From positions 64,001 through 95,705 of IMG/VR virus record IMGVR_UViG_3300012348_000136: a DNA stretch of 31,705 nt; one strand, 5' to 3'. The notes below the pieces were generated by a model. The model ran no database searches, was not told where the DNA came from, and worked only from the letters and a program-made list of their open reading frames with translations. A program made the translations under genes and the position numbers. Positions 21,123 through 29,665 of this stretch are shown here, in pieces. The stretch's first letter is position 1. The number at the start of each line of letters is the position of its first letter. This DNA is from a virus. Lineage: Duplodnaviria > Heunggongvirae > Uroviricota > Caudoviricetes.

Positions 21123-21809
21123 ATGAATCTCGTTAAACCAATCTACATTCTCGGTGACGTGCACGGGCAATTTGCTCGTCTGCGCGAAAACATTGCCAAG
21201 TATGATCTTCGCGATTGTTACATCATTTGCGTAGGTGACTTGGGAATTGGTTTTCAGCATCCAGCAAAAGGAGAACTTAGCGGCTGTCGCAAGCTTAACA
21301 CGTTCTTTTTAGGTCGGAACATTCACTTCATGAGTATCCGAGGCAATCATGATGATCCTCAATACTTCAATGGACGAAATCGTATCGAGCTGAGTAACTT
21401 CCGCTTGCTTCCTGACTATCATGCCGAAACATTCAACAGAGAACGCTTTCTGTTTGTTGGAGGTGCTGTAAGTATTGACCGTCTATATCGTGTTGAAGGA
21501 CGTTCATATTGGCGAGACGAAGTCTTTGTGTATGATCCTTCAAAGGTCACTCCTTGTGATGTGTTAATCACTCACAGTGCGCCATATTGGATTGGTCCTT
21601 TTGACAAAGAAGGGCTGTCAGGCTGGTGCGAAAAAGACAAGACACTGTGGGACGAATGTTATCGTGAACGATTGCAGCACGATGAATTAGTTCAAGCTTG
21701 TGGCGCTAAGCGTCATTACTGCGGTCACTTTCATGCTTACCACTGGGTTGACTTCCGTGAATGCTACAGCACTATCCTTGACATTGACCAATTTAAAGAA
21801 CATCGCTAA
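21123..21809 (+). CDS. calcineurin-like metallophosphoesterase
   Basis: GDVHG, GDLG, RGNHD, THSAP, GHFH. Confidence 0.9.
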   Translation: MNLVKPIYILGDVHGQFARLRENIAKYDLRDCYIICVGDLGIGFQHPAKGELSGCRKLNTFFLGRNIHFMSIRGNHDDPQYFNGRNRIELSNFRLLPDYHAETFNRERFLFVGGAVSIDRLYRVEGRSYWRDEVFVYDPSKVTPCDVLITHSAPYWIGPFDKEGLSGWCEKDKTLWDECYRERLQHDELVQACGAKRHYCGHFHAYHWVDFRECYSTILDIDQFKEHR

Positions 21810-21810
21810 C

Positions 21811-22122
21811 ATGAAAACCAAGCAACCAATTTATGTAATTGATCGCAACGATTTTGATTATATTTTTCCGATCCCTCGCTCAAGCTGGGCGTATGGTCTT
21901 TATTTTGGAACTATCACGTGCGCTGAAGAATATCAGGCAATGCTCGATGAGATTATTTTTGATGAAAATGATCAAGTGTTAATCTCAAAGGTAATGGAAG
22001 CTATTAACAAAAGATTCAGTCATAAGCTTGGTCAATCTGATCGTTTCAATCGAAAAACAAACGGTCATCTGACATATATCAAACGGCAGATAAATTATCG
22101 TAGAAAACCAAAGGATGTCTAA
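21811..22122 (+). CDS. hypothetical protein
   Basis: ATG 21811 directly after upstream stop. Confidence 0.7.
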   Translation: MKTKQPIYVIDRNDFDYIFPIPRSSWAYGLYFGTITCAEEYQAMLDEIIFDENDQVLISKVMEAINKRFSHKLGQSDRFNRKTNGHLTYIKRQINYRRKPKDV

Positions 22123-22678
22123 TTACGAAACGCCAAATTGCCCGCACTGCTTTAGTCATGCCGACACATGGTTTGACCGCAGTTGCATGCACGATGAAAA
22201 CGGAAAGCCTTTGCTTTATGAGGAGTTTCCTACACGCTGCGGTGACTGCGGTCGTAATGTAGATGCACCGCGTTCTTATTATGGATTGTCAGAAATTCGG
22301 TATGTTCCATTTCCAGTGTATTTGCCGGCAACTAAAGCTGATCCAAAGACTGGACAACCTCTTGATGCGGAGTTCGTCGAGACGGTTGAGATTCCAGTCT
22401 ATGGAAATTACAATGATGACTTTCTGACTCCATACGCACATCTTATTATTGAAGGCAGCAGGCTGCGTGCATTGTTTAAGAAGATGTTTAAAGAAGAGTC
22501 TGACTATGTTTCGTTTATGGATCGCCCGCAAACTTTTCTTGATGGGCTATCTCCAAATGAGGCATTGCAAACTGGTGACGGCCAACGTGCTTGCATTTGC
22601 CTTGCTTATGATCTTGGACTCTATAAATCCTTTTCATCAATTTCTCCTAAATTCAAAAGACCTCTAAGAAAACTATGA
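22115..22678 (+). CDS. Zn-ribbon protein with possible MbcA/ParS/Xre antitoxin C-terminal motif
   Basis: CPHC..CGDC; FMDRPQTFLDGLSPNEALQTGDG. Confidence 0.6.
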   Translation: MSNYETPNCPHCFSHADTWFDRSCMHDENGKPLLYEEFPTRCGDCGRNVDAPRSYYGLSEIRYVPFPVYLPATKADPKTGQPLDAEFVETVEIPVYGNYNDDFLTPYAHLIIEGSRLRALFKKMFKEESDYVSFMDRPQTFLDGLSPNEALQTGDGQRACICLAYDLGLYKSFSSISPKFKRPLRKL

Positions 22679-22917
22679 AAGCGATAAATGCTATAGTTAC
22701 GGCAAATCCAGCGGATCCATCACTTGAGGGAAAGCGAGTCATAATCAAAATTAGCGATGATTGGTATGAAAAGATGAATGCCGAATTTCAAGCAGAAATT
22801 TCAGATATTCCAAAAGAGACTGCCCAAAAGGCTCGCCCGTATATTCAGACAAAAGGATCTCTTAAAAAACTGTCGCAAAGACAAATACGAAAAAACAAAA
22901 GGAGAGCGCAACGATGA
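22675..22917 (+). CDS. hypothetical protein
   Basis: ATGA coupling both ends. Confidence 0.7.
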   Translation: MKAINAIVTANPADPSLEGKRVIIKISDDWYEKMNAEFQAEISDIPKETAQKARPYIQTKGSLKKLSQRQIRKNKRRAQR

Positions 22918-23303
22918 AAGGACAATTTTACAAATGTGAGTGTGGACATGGTGGCCTATATGCTGACTATAACCATCACTCTGGACTTGAGCTTACTCAC
23001 ATGGTTCGAGATCCCTACACTCGTAAGTGGTCTCACCGAATTGCACAAGCATGGGCTGCACTAAGAGGCAAACCATACACTGACATGGTTTACCTCAACC
23101 GTGCACAGACGTCAGACCTAGCAGACTACCTTTTGGCTGCTCAAAAAGAAACCCAGAATGAAAGGCATGCTGAAGATCTTGAGCGCATTGAAGGATTCCT
23201 ATTTGGATGGAGCTGTGAAACAGCCGTTGATGGTATTATCAAATGGGCGAACACTTCTGACTGTAGCAAGCATGCATACGAACGATTAAAGTCTTCGCTA
23301 TGA
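22914..23303 (+). CDS. hypothetical protein
   Basis: ATGA coupling both ends. Confidence 0.75.
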   Translation: MKGQFYKCECGHGGLYADYNHHSGLELTHMVRDPYTRKWSHRIAQAWAALRGKPYTDMVYLNRAQTSDLADYLLAAQKETQNERHAEDLERIEGFLFGWSCETAVDGIIKWANTSDCSKHAYERLKSSL

Positions 23304-23455
23304 GCTTTGAAACAATTGTGATTGGAATTGCAGCGCTGCTATATGCTAGCGTCGGAACTTCATATGCACTTAAAGGTAATGTAGCGTGGGCTATCATCTG
23401 GTATAGTTATTCTACAGCCAACTTCGGTTTAATTTACGCAGCAATCAAAAAATGA
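23300..23455 (+). CDS. small membrane protein (not in ORF track)
   Basis: 51 aa MSFETIVIGIAALLYASVG..., ATGA-coupled on both sides. Confidence 0.75.
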   Translation: MSFETIVIGIAALLYASVGTSYALKGNVAWAIIWYSYSTANFGLIYAAIKK

Positions 23456-24117
23456 AAAATACAGCACAACTAATTGGACACTATGGAAGCGATGAAGTCA
23501 TCGCATGTAGCGCATGGACATCTACATCACGTGAACTGTCAGATGAAAAGCGAGAACGTATTCCTAAGCTAATCAACATGCTTTGGAGTGAAGGGCATGA
23601 GTCACCTTTTGAAAAAGGAACCGTCCACTTCCTTGTTGACACTGACATTGCAACTCACATTCACTTGCTTAAGCATCGCATCAGTAGCATGAATGCTGAA
23701 AGCGCGCGCTACAAAGAATTGAAGGAAGATAAGTATTACCTTCCGGAAGATTGGAAAGGCCTCATCCCAAGTGAATCTGTCATATCTGCAAAGGATGCTA
23801 GAGGACTCGATTGGGCAAGTCAACTCGAAATATACACGCAACTTGGTAATAGACTATATCACGCATGTCTTACAGATCTTACTCCAGTTCTTGGTCGTAA
23901 GCGAGCAAAGGAAAGTGCGCGTTTCTTCAAGACTTACAACAGTCAAATCCAGGGCGATGTAAGTTTCAACATGCGATCCTTTGCTAACTTCTTGAAGCTG
24001 CGAAACAGCGAACATGCACAAGTCGAAGTTCGTGAACTTGCGCAAGAAATGCTGCAGCTTGTAAAGGATATTCCAGGTAATCCTTTCCAACATACACTAT
24101 CTGCTTGGGGATATTAA
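23452..24117 (+). CDS. thyX: flavin-dependent thymidylate synthase
   Basis: HESPFE, KHRISSMNAESARY, NMRSFANFLKLR. Confidence 0.93.
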   Translation: MKNTAQLIGHYGSDEVIACSAWTSTSRELSDEKRERIPKLINMLWSEGHESPFEKGTVHFLVDTDIATHIHLLKHRISSMNAESARYKELKEDKYYLPEDWKGLIPSESVISAKDARGLDWASQLEIYTQLGNRLYHACLTDLTPVLGRKRAKESARFFKTYNSQIQGDVSFNMRSFANFLKLRNSEHAQVEVRELAQEMLQLVKDIPGNPFQHTLSAWGY

Positions 24118-24118
24118 C

Positions 24119-24475
24119 ATGAGAACAATCGTTGCGGGTTCGCGTGATGGAATATCATACAAAGACGTATATGAAGCAATTTTAAGTTGTCCTTGGTCAT
24201 CACAAATTTCTGAAATTGTTAGCGGTGGTGCTCGTGGTGCAGATTCTGCTGGAGAATATTTTGCAAAATATGAAAGACGTCTTCCGGTTAAAATTTTCCT
24301 AGCAGACTGGAACACTCATGGACGAGCAGCCGGACATATTCGCAATGCCCAAATGGCTGAATATGCTCATGCTCTTATTTTGGTATGGGATGGTCGTAGC
24401 GCCGGTAGCAAAAATATGCTTGTAAATGCGCGTAAAGCTAGGTTAAAAATCTATGAAAAAATCGTAACTAATTGA
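24119..24475 (+). CDS. SLOG (YspA/DUF2493-like) protein
   Basis: IVAGSRD, VSGGARGAD, RNAQMAEY, WDGRSAGS. Confidence 0.88.
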   Translation: MRTIVAGSRDGISYKDVYEAILSCPWSSQISEIVSGGARGADSAGEYFAKYERRLPVKIFLADWNTHGRAAGHIRNAQMAEYAHALILVWDGRSAGSKNMLVNARKARLKIYEKIVTN

Positions 24476-24528
24476 AAATCAACAGGTTAATTTTTACAGT
24501 GGAACTTACGTAACTGATTGATTTTCAA
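24463..24528 (+). repeat. dispersed 20-bp motif (copies 3 and 4)
   Basis: CGTAACTAATTGAAAATCAA and CGTAACTGATTGATTTTCAA. Confidence 0.7.
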
Positions 24529-24566
24529 CAATTTATGAAAAAATGTGAAATTTCTTCACTTTTTTA

Positions 24567-24595
24567 TTTACAGTCCGCGGTAAATTGGTTATGAT
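24567..24595 (+). promoter_or_regulatory. sigma70-like early promoter
   Basis: TTTACA-17-TATGAT. Confidence 0.8.
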
Positions 24596-24619
24596 AATCT
24601 CGTAAACCACCATTAAATC

Positions 24620-24955
24620 ATGACCTTCAGTTTTTCCCTATTCCGCCCGCTCCATCGCAAAGACCGTTTTCAGCCGAAAGTTGAGGTTACTCGGCGTCTC
24701 GCTATGAACATGCGGTTTGTCATCGAAGACACCACTGACGAAACTCGTGCATGTGAATACCTCTTCGACGCCACCAATGCTTCGGCCGACGCGCTCGACT
24801 CCGAGCAGCGTTGGATTGCCGAACGATTCATTTGCATGCAAGAACACTCCATTAGCGTCGGCGACGTGCTGATCATCAACAATTCGGCCTACCTTTGCAA
24901 GAACATCGGTTGGGAAAAGATCGAAAACTTTATTGCCAACTACGATGAAAATTGA
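24620..24955 (+). CDS. hypothetical early protein
   Basis: 111 aa with SISVGDV motif. Confidence 0.75.
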   Translation: MTFSFSLFRPLHRKDRFQPKVEVTRRLAMNMRFVIEDTTDETRACEYLFDATNASADALDSEQRWIAERFICMQEHSISVGDVLIINNSAYLCKNIGWEKIENFIANYDEN

Positions 24956-25112
24956 TCACGCCCTCCTGCTTATCTTGTTTGTGATACTGTCTGCGGCTGC
25001 ATATGTAGCAGCCGATCACGCCATGAATCTTCCTCCATACGAAGGACCACAACCTGCATCATCTGACGCCAATCCAGGAGCTGACTGCATGGGTGCTGGA
25101 GTTTTCAACTAA
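24945..25112 (+). CDS. small membrane/secreted protein (not in ORF track)
   Basis: 55 aa MKIDHALLLILFVILSAAAY... Confidence 0.65.
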   Translation: MKIDHALLLILFVILSAAAYVAADHAMNLPPYEGPQPASSDANPGADCMGAGVFN

Positions 25113-25119
25113 CAACTAT

Positions 25120-25338
25120 ATGCCAGACAGTCACAATCCATTAGCGGAATTCTTCGCAATTTTCATAGTGCCATTCCTCATCATTGTAGGCGCGATTTAC
25201 TTCATATGCTCTGTTACGTCGTGTGTCATCGAGAACGAACAGCCAAAGGAACGCCCGCCACTTTCATATAAAGCAGGTCAGGTCACTCGTGAGGTTGGGA
25301 CGAATTTCATCAAAGGATTTTTCTCAAATAGGCAATGA
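25120..25338 (+). CDS. small membrane protein
   Basis: hydrophobic segment FFAIFIVPFLIIVGAIYFIC; ATG 25120. Confidence 0.7.
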   Translation: MPDSHNPLAEFFAIFIVPFLIIVGAIYFICSVTSCVIENEQPKERPPLSYKAGQVTREVGTNFIKGFFSNRQ

Positions 25339-25460
25339 AATATCTCACAGAATTCTTCATCAACCTATTGTTCATATGTGCGCTTGTGTTGAGTGTGGTT
25401 ATCTCCTTTGGTGCAATCATATACTTTGGGTTTATGCTTATTCAAGAATGGCCGTCATAA
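25335..25460 (+). CDS. small membrane protein (not in ORF track)
   Basis: 41 aa MKYLTEFFINLLFICALVLSVV..., ATGA-coupled. Confidence 0.6.
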   Translation: MKYLTEFFINLLFICALVLSVVISFGAIIYFGFMLIQEWPS

Positions 25461-25735
25461 AGGTTTACACAATCCCGACCTGCTCATTGTGCGCAACGTA
25501 TCTCGTAACGTTGCGCGCTTTTTGCTGTCAGCATAACATCACCTTAGAAGTGTATGACATTGACAGCGATCCGATTGAATCGGTTAAGTACCTACGTGAA
25601 TATCGTGGATGCAGCACATCTATTCCATTCATTGGGATTTACGATGAGCATGGAACAAGAATAAATTGTATTAGCGGCATTCATTCCGCAGAACAATTAA
25701 CAAACTTGTATGAGCAGTACCGACGACCTATTTGA
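25448..25735 (+). CDS. glutaredoxin-like protein
   Basis: KVYTIPTCSLC, YDID, SIPFI; start ATG 25448. Confidence 0.75.
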   Translation: MAVIKVYTIPTCSLCATYLVTLRAFCCQHNITLEVYDIDSDPIESVKYLREYRGCSTSIPFIGIYDEHGTRINCISGIHSAEQLTNLYEQYRRPI

Positions 25736-25961
25736 CTTTGGGTTTACCGCTGTTAGTGAAGATGAGCTAGAGGCCGTTCAGACCTCACTAGCAAATCAAA
25801 CAAACTGCGCTGAACGTCTTGAAAAGATGTATAAAAGCATTCTCCCTTTGCTTGATAATCTTGAGAAAAATCCTGAAAAGGACTACATTTACTGGCCCGC
25901 GCGCACAAAGAAAATTGACGCATTTCGTAAAAGACTAAACGACATATACAATGGACAATAA
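25710..25961 (+). CDS. conserved T4-like phage hypothetical protein
   Basis: DLFDFGFTAVSEDEL, NPEKDYIYWP. Confidence 0.8.
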   Translation: MSSTDDLFDFGFTAVSEDELEAVQTSLANQTNCAERLEKMYKSILPLLDNLEKNPEKDYIYWPARTKKIDAFRKRLNDIYNGQ

Positions 25962-27087
25962 ACAAACATACACATTTCATTTACTTGGTGTTCCTCACAC
26001 CGTATCAAACACCGACTATGTAGCATGTGCATATACTCAAAAGGCCGTTAAATTTGGCAAGATGATGAAAGCACGTGGTCATCGTATCATTCATTATGGA
26101 CACGAAGATTCAAACCTAGAATGTGATGAACACGTGACAGTCACTACAAATGATGACTTACAAAAAGCATATGGTAGCTATGATTGGCGTAAAAGCTTCT
26201 TTAAGTTTGATGTGAACGATCATGCATATCAAACCTTTTATGGAAATGCAATTCGAGAAATTCAGCAACGAAAAGGCAAGAATGAATTTCTTCTTCCATT
26301 CTGGGGTTCAGGCGTAAAGCCAATTTGTGATGCACACGATGATATGATTGTGGTTGAGCCAGGTATTGGATATGCTGGCGGTCATTGGGCAAAGTGGAAA
26401 GTCTTTGAAAGCTATGCAATTTATCATGCATACTGTGGGATGAATGGCGTTGGCTACTGTAATCAAAATTGGTATGAGGTTGTAATCCCAAATTACTTTG
26501 ACCTAGCTGACTTTAAGTATGAGGAAAATAAAGATGATTACTATCTTTACTTAGGACGGGTGTATGACGGCAAAGGTGTTCATGTCGCAATTGAAGCAAC
26601 ACGTAGAGCAGGTGTTAAGCTAGTCATTGCTGGGCAAAAGGAAGAAGGGTATAAGCTTCCTAGCCACGTTGAGTATATTGGATACGCTGACTTGGAAACG
26701 AGAAAGAAGCTTATGTCAAAAGCAAAAGCGTCATTTCTTCCAAGTATGTATGTTGAACCATTTGGAGGTGTCCAAATTGAAAACCTACTTAGCGGTACGC
26801 CAACAATCACCACCGACTGGGGAGCGTTTGCTGAAAACAATTTGCATGGCGTGACTGGTTGGCGATGCCGAACTATGAGTGATTTTGTCGAAGCGATTAA
26901 ACGATCAGATGAAATAAAACCTTCGGCATGTCGTGCTTGGGGTGAAAACTTTTCGCTTGAAAAGGTTGGCGATATGTATGACAAATACTTTACTGATGTA
27001 TATAATGTTTATGAAGGTAAGGGTTGGTATGAGCATAATGCATACGGTATCGACAGTATGACTAAAAGGTATCCAAGCATTGTATGA
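25951..27087 (+). CDS. GT4 (GT-B) glycosyltransferase
   Basis: YLGRV..GKG, EPFGGVQIE.LLSGTP.ITTDWGA..E. Confidence 0.9.
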   Translation: MDNKQTYTFHLLGVPHTVSNTDYVACAYTQKAVKFGKMMKARGHRIIHYGHEDSNLECDEHVTVTTNDDLQKAYGSYDWRKSFFKFDVNDHAYQTFYGNAIREIQQRKGKNEFLLPFWGSGVKPICDAHDDMIVVEPGIGYAGGHWAKWKVFESYAIYHAYCGMNGVGYCNQNWYEVVIPNYFDLADFKYEENKDDYYLYLGRVYDGKGVHVAIEATRRAGVKLVIAGQKEEGYKLPSHVEYIGYADLETRKKLMSKAKASFLPSMYVEPFGGVQIENLLSGTPTITTDWGAFAENNLHGVTGWRCRTMSDFVEAIKRSDEIKPSACRAWGENFSLEKVGDMYDKYFTDVYNVYEGKGWYEHNAYGIDSMTKRYPSIV

Positions 27088-27470
27088 TAAAGCCATTAAA
27101 GAGTAGCTTCACTACGGTTGGTTTGGTTAGTGACGGTGGTAAACCGCTGATATGGAGCGATGATGTCATAACTGTCATTGATGATCCTTCGCCAAATGAC
27201 AGTTATGATGTTCTTGTATATCTTTCATGTTGTGGTCGTAGAGTTGACACTATCCAAAAAGCTATACGTGAAGCTACACCAATTATAGGATACAAGACAT
27301 GTCCTTTGATGGAGGATTTGATAAACCGCGAATTGGCTTTTGAGCTATTAGATAGCGATGACCATATGCAAGCCGTGTATAATACTGTTATGTACATAGG
27401 CAGTGATCCTGCGTGGCAAATTATGAATACATTTAGTCTCTTTCGATATTCCAAGGAGATTGGTCTATAG
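27084..27470 (+). CDS. hypothetical protein (only TAG-terminated gene called)
   Basis: 128 aa, ATGA-coupled; TAA 7 codons after the TAG. Confidence 0.7.
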   Translation: MIKPLKSSFTTVGLVSDGGKPLIWSDDVITVIDDPSPNDSYDVLVYLSCCGRRVDTIQKAIREATPIIGYKTCPLMEDLINRELAFELLDSDDHMQAVYNTVMYIGSDPAWQIMNTFSLFRYSKEIGL

Positions 27471-27544
27471 TCTCAGAAAGCACAGAAGTAATAAATACAG
27501 CTGATAGCTAATAATGGCTATCATAACAACACAAACACTAACAT

Positions 27545-27739
27545 ATGAATATTCTAACAGAATTCATTGCAACCCAAAGTTGGTTTGGCATCGTTACAGC
27601 TGTCATTGCTCTTGCGTCTGCAATTGCTGCAGCTACACCAACTCCTGAGCCTGGAACATTTCTTTCCAAGGTTTATGCTGTCATTGACTTTCTAGCACTG
27701 AACATCGGTAAGGCTAAAGACACTGGCGAGCCTAAGTAA
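27545..27739 (+). CDS. holin-like small membrane protein
   Basis: two hydrophobic segments around ATPTP, ALNIGKAK. Confidence 0.55.
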   Translation: MNILTEFIATQSWFGIVTAVIALASAIAAATPTPEPGTFLSKVYAVIDFLALNIGKAKDTGEPK

Positions 27740-27942
27740 TGCTAAACACATTCTTAGCTGCGATTACTGCCGCGGCTCAAGCATATGCTGCTTGGGTTCG
27801 CTGGCAGCGCGAAACAGAAATAGATCGTATCGAAGATGAGATATCTAAGCTTGCTAGCATTGGTGATCCTGCTTCAAAGTTGCGGATGGAACTTTTGGCA
27901 AAACGGAAACAACGGAAGATTGAACAAATCAGCTCTTTATGA
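27739..27942 (+). CDS. possible i-spanin (Rz-like)
   Basis: hydrophobic N-terminus then charged helix; overlapped by lipoprotein ORF. Confidence 0.45.
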   Translation: MLNTFLAAITAAAQAYAAWVRWQRETEIDRIEDEISKLASIGDPASKLRMELLAKRKQRKIEQISSL

Positions 27943-28075
27943 TCCTCCAACAGTTACACTGGTTAAAGGCCGCGATTACACCTTTACTGAAGGAACATTA
28001 GTCGGAAGAGGTCAAAAGTTTCATAGTGATTACAGCTATCAGCGAGCAGTGATAATCGGAAACAACAATAAGTAA
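27836..28075 (+). CDS. lipoprotein, possible o-spanin (Rz1-like)
   Basis: signal peptide with lipobox LQSC; starts inside previous gene in another frame. Confidence 0.6.
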   Translation: MRYLSLLALVILLQSCGWNFWQNGNNGRLNKSALYDPPTVTLVKGRDYTFTEGTLVGRGQKFHSDYSYQRAVIIGNNNK

Positions 28076-28076
28076 C

Positions 28077-28898
28077 ATGCCAACACCTAAGACAATTATA
28101 GTCACGCCTGCAGGCCGCAAAAGATATTTAGAAATACTCTTGAATAATTTGCTTAAACAGAAAAAACATTTTTCTGTTTGGCAACTTTGGCTAAATACAG
28201 AAAATCAAGAAGACATTGATTATTGCAAATCTTTAGAGAAGCAATATGATTGGATTAAATGCTATGATCTTGACATTCCATTTGCCGGAATTGTTTCAAT
28301 TCATACATTCTTTAAATATGCAACCGATAAGGATTGCGTATACATCCGATTAGATGATGATATTGTGTATATTGAAAAGGATTTTGTTCGTAAGCTATCA
28401 GCATCTAGAAGAAAAAATCCAGAACCATTCTTGATATACGCTAACATTGTTAATAATTCCATATGTGATCACATTCACCAACGTATCGGTGCATTGCCTT
28501 ACAGTGTAGGAAGAATCAACTATAATGTTTTGGATGATGTTGGATGGAGAAGTGGTATAGTTGCCGAACAAAAACATAAAGTATTTTTTGACCATATTGA
28601 AAATGGTACATTAAATGCATATAAATTTAGTCCTCAATGGATTCTTAAATCGGATCACCCTGAACATTGCTCTATAAATGCTATTTCATGGTTAGGCTCT
28701 AGATTTGCTGAATTTGAGGGAAGAGTCGGAGAAAATGAAGAAATATGGTTATCAATTGATAAACCAACGGCCGATCATACTCATAACATAATATGTGGGG
28801 ATGCATTATGTGTTCATTATGCATTTTGGCCACAGCGTGATCATGTTGATTCATGCACATACGTATTAGATAAGTACAGAGAAATTTCCAATCTTTAA
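28077..28898 (+). CDS. GT-A glycosyltransferase-like protein
   Basis: PAGRKRYL, IRLDDDIVYI, VHYAF..QR. Confidence 0.75.
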   Translation: MPTPKTIIVTPAGRKRYLEILLNNLLKQKKHFSVWQLWLNTENQEDIDYCKSLEKQYDWIKCYDLDIPFAGIVSIHTFFKYATDKDCVYIRLDDDIVYIEKDFVRKLSASRRKNPEPFLIYANIVNNSICDHIHQRIGALPYSVGRINYNVLDDVGWRSGIVAEQKHKVFFDHIENGTLNAYKFSPQWILKSDHPEHCSINAISWLGSRFAEFEGRVGENEEIWLSIDKPTADHTHNIICGDALCVHYAFWPQRDHVDSCTYVLDKYREISNL

Positions 28899-28903
28899 AG
28901 ATT

Positions 28904-29665
28904 ATGCCAATTAACCCAACACATAAAAAGACACGTAAGAAGAAAACATCTGATGGATATGCAGAAGACTCAATGGACAACATTGAGTCTTCTTTAGCAT
29001 TAAATTGGACGCTAAACTTCAAGATCAAAAAGCCTTTCCATTTTAACGAAAAGCATAAAGCGTTTTATGACTGCACTAAAGCAGACGGAACAAACATAGC
29101 TTTTGTTGATGGCAGCGCAGGAACCGCGAAATCATATATTGCTGTTCTAGGTGCACTTGAATTATTTAAGGAGCAAAAGATCAAAAATATCATTTACATC
29201 CGTAGTGTTATTGAAAGTGCATCGCGCTCAATTGGCGCATTACCAGGTGAGGTTGATGATAAGTTCCTCCCATATGCAATGCCGTTAATTGAAAAGGCGA
29301 AGGAAATTACCGATGAAAGTACTGCAATGCAACTTAAAGGAAACGGAATCCTGCAAGCTATCCCAGTGAACTTTGTTCGCGGACTAACTTTCAATGATTC
29401 GGTTGTTATTGTCGACGAAGCGCAGAACCTAACAAAAGGTGAGCTTGTAACAATTCTAACACGCTTTGGTCGCAATACGCGTTACATCGTTTGCGGTGAC
29501 CTTAAGCAAAGTGATATTGGCAAGCTTAGCGGGTATAAGGAAATCTATACACGCTTCAATAATGACGACTCAGCTGCACATGGCATTCATTTGTTCAAGT
29601 TTGGTGAAAGCGAAATTGTTCGTAGCAAGATTCTTCGCTACATCGTTAGCGTCCTTGAGGCTTAA
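28904..29665 (+). CDS. phoH: PhoH-family ATPase
   Basis: GSAGTAKS, RGLTF, DEAQN, GDLKQSD, IVRS. Confidence 0.93.
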   Translation: MPINPTHKKTRKKKTSDGYAEDSMDNIESSLALNWTLNFKIKKPFHFNEKHKAFYDCTKADGTNIAFVDGSAGTAKSYIAVLGALELFKEQKIKNIIYIRSVIESASRSIGALPGEVDDKFLPYAMPLIEKAKEITDESTAMQLKGNGILQAIPVNFVRGLTFNDSVVIVDEAQNLTKGELVTILTRFGRNTRYIVCGDLKQSDIGKLSGYKEIYTRFNNDDSAAHGIHLFKFGESEIVRSKILRYIVSVLEA

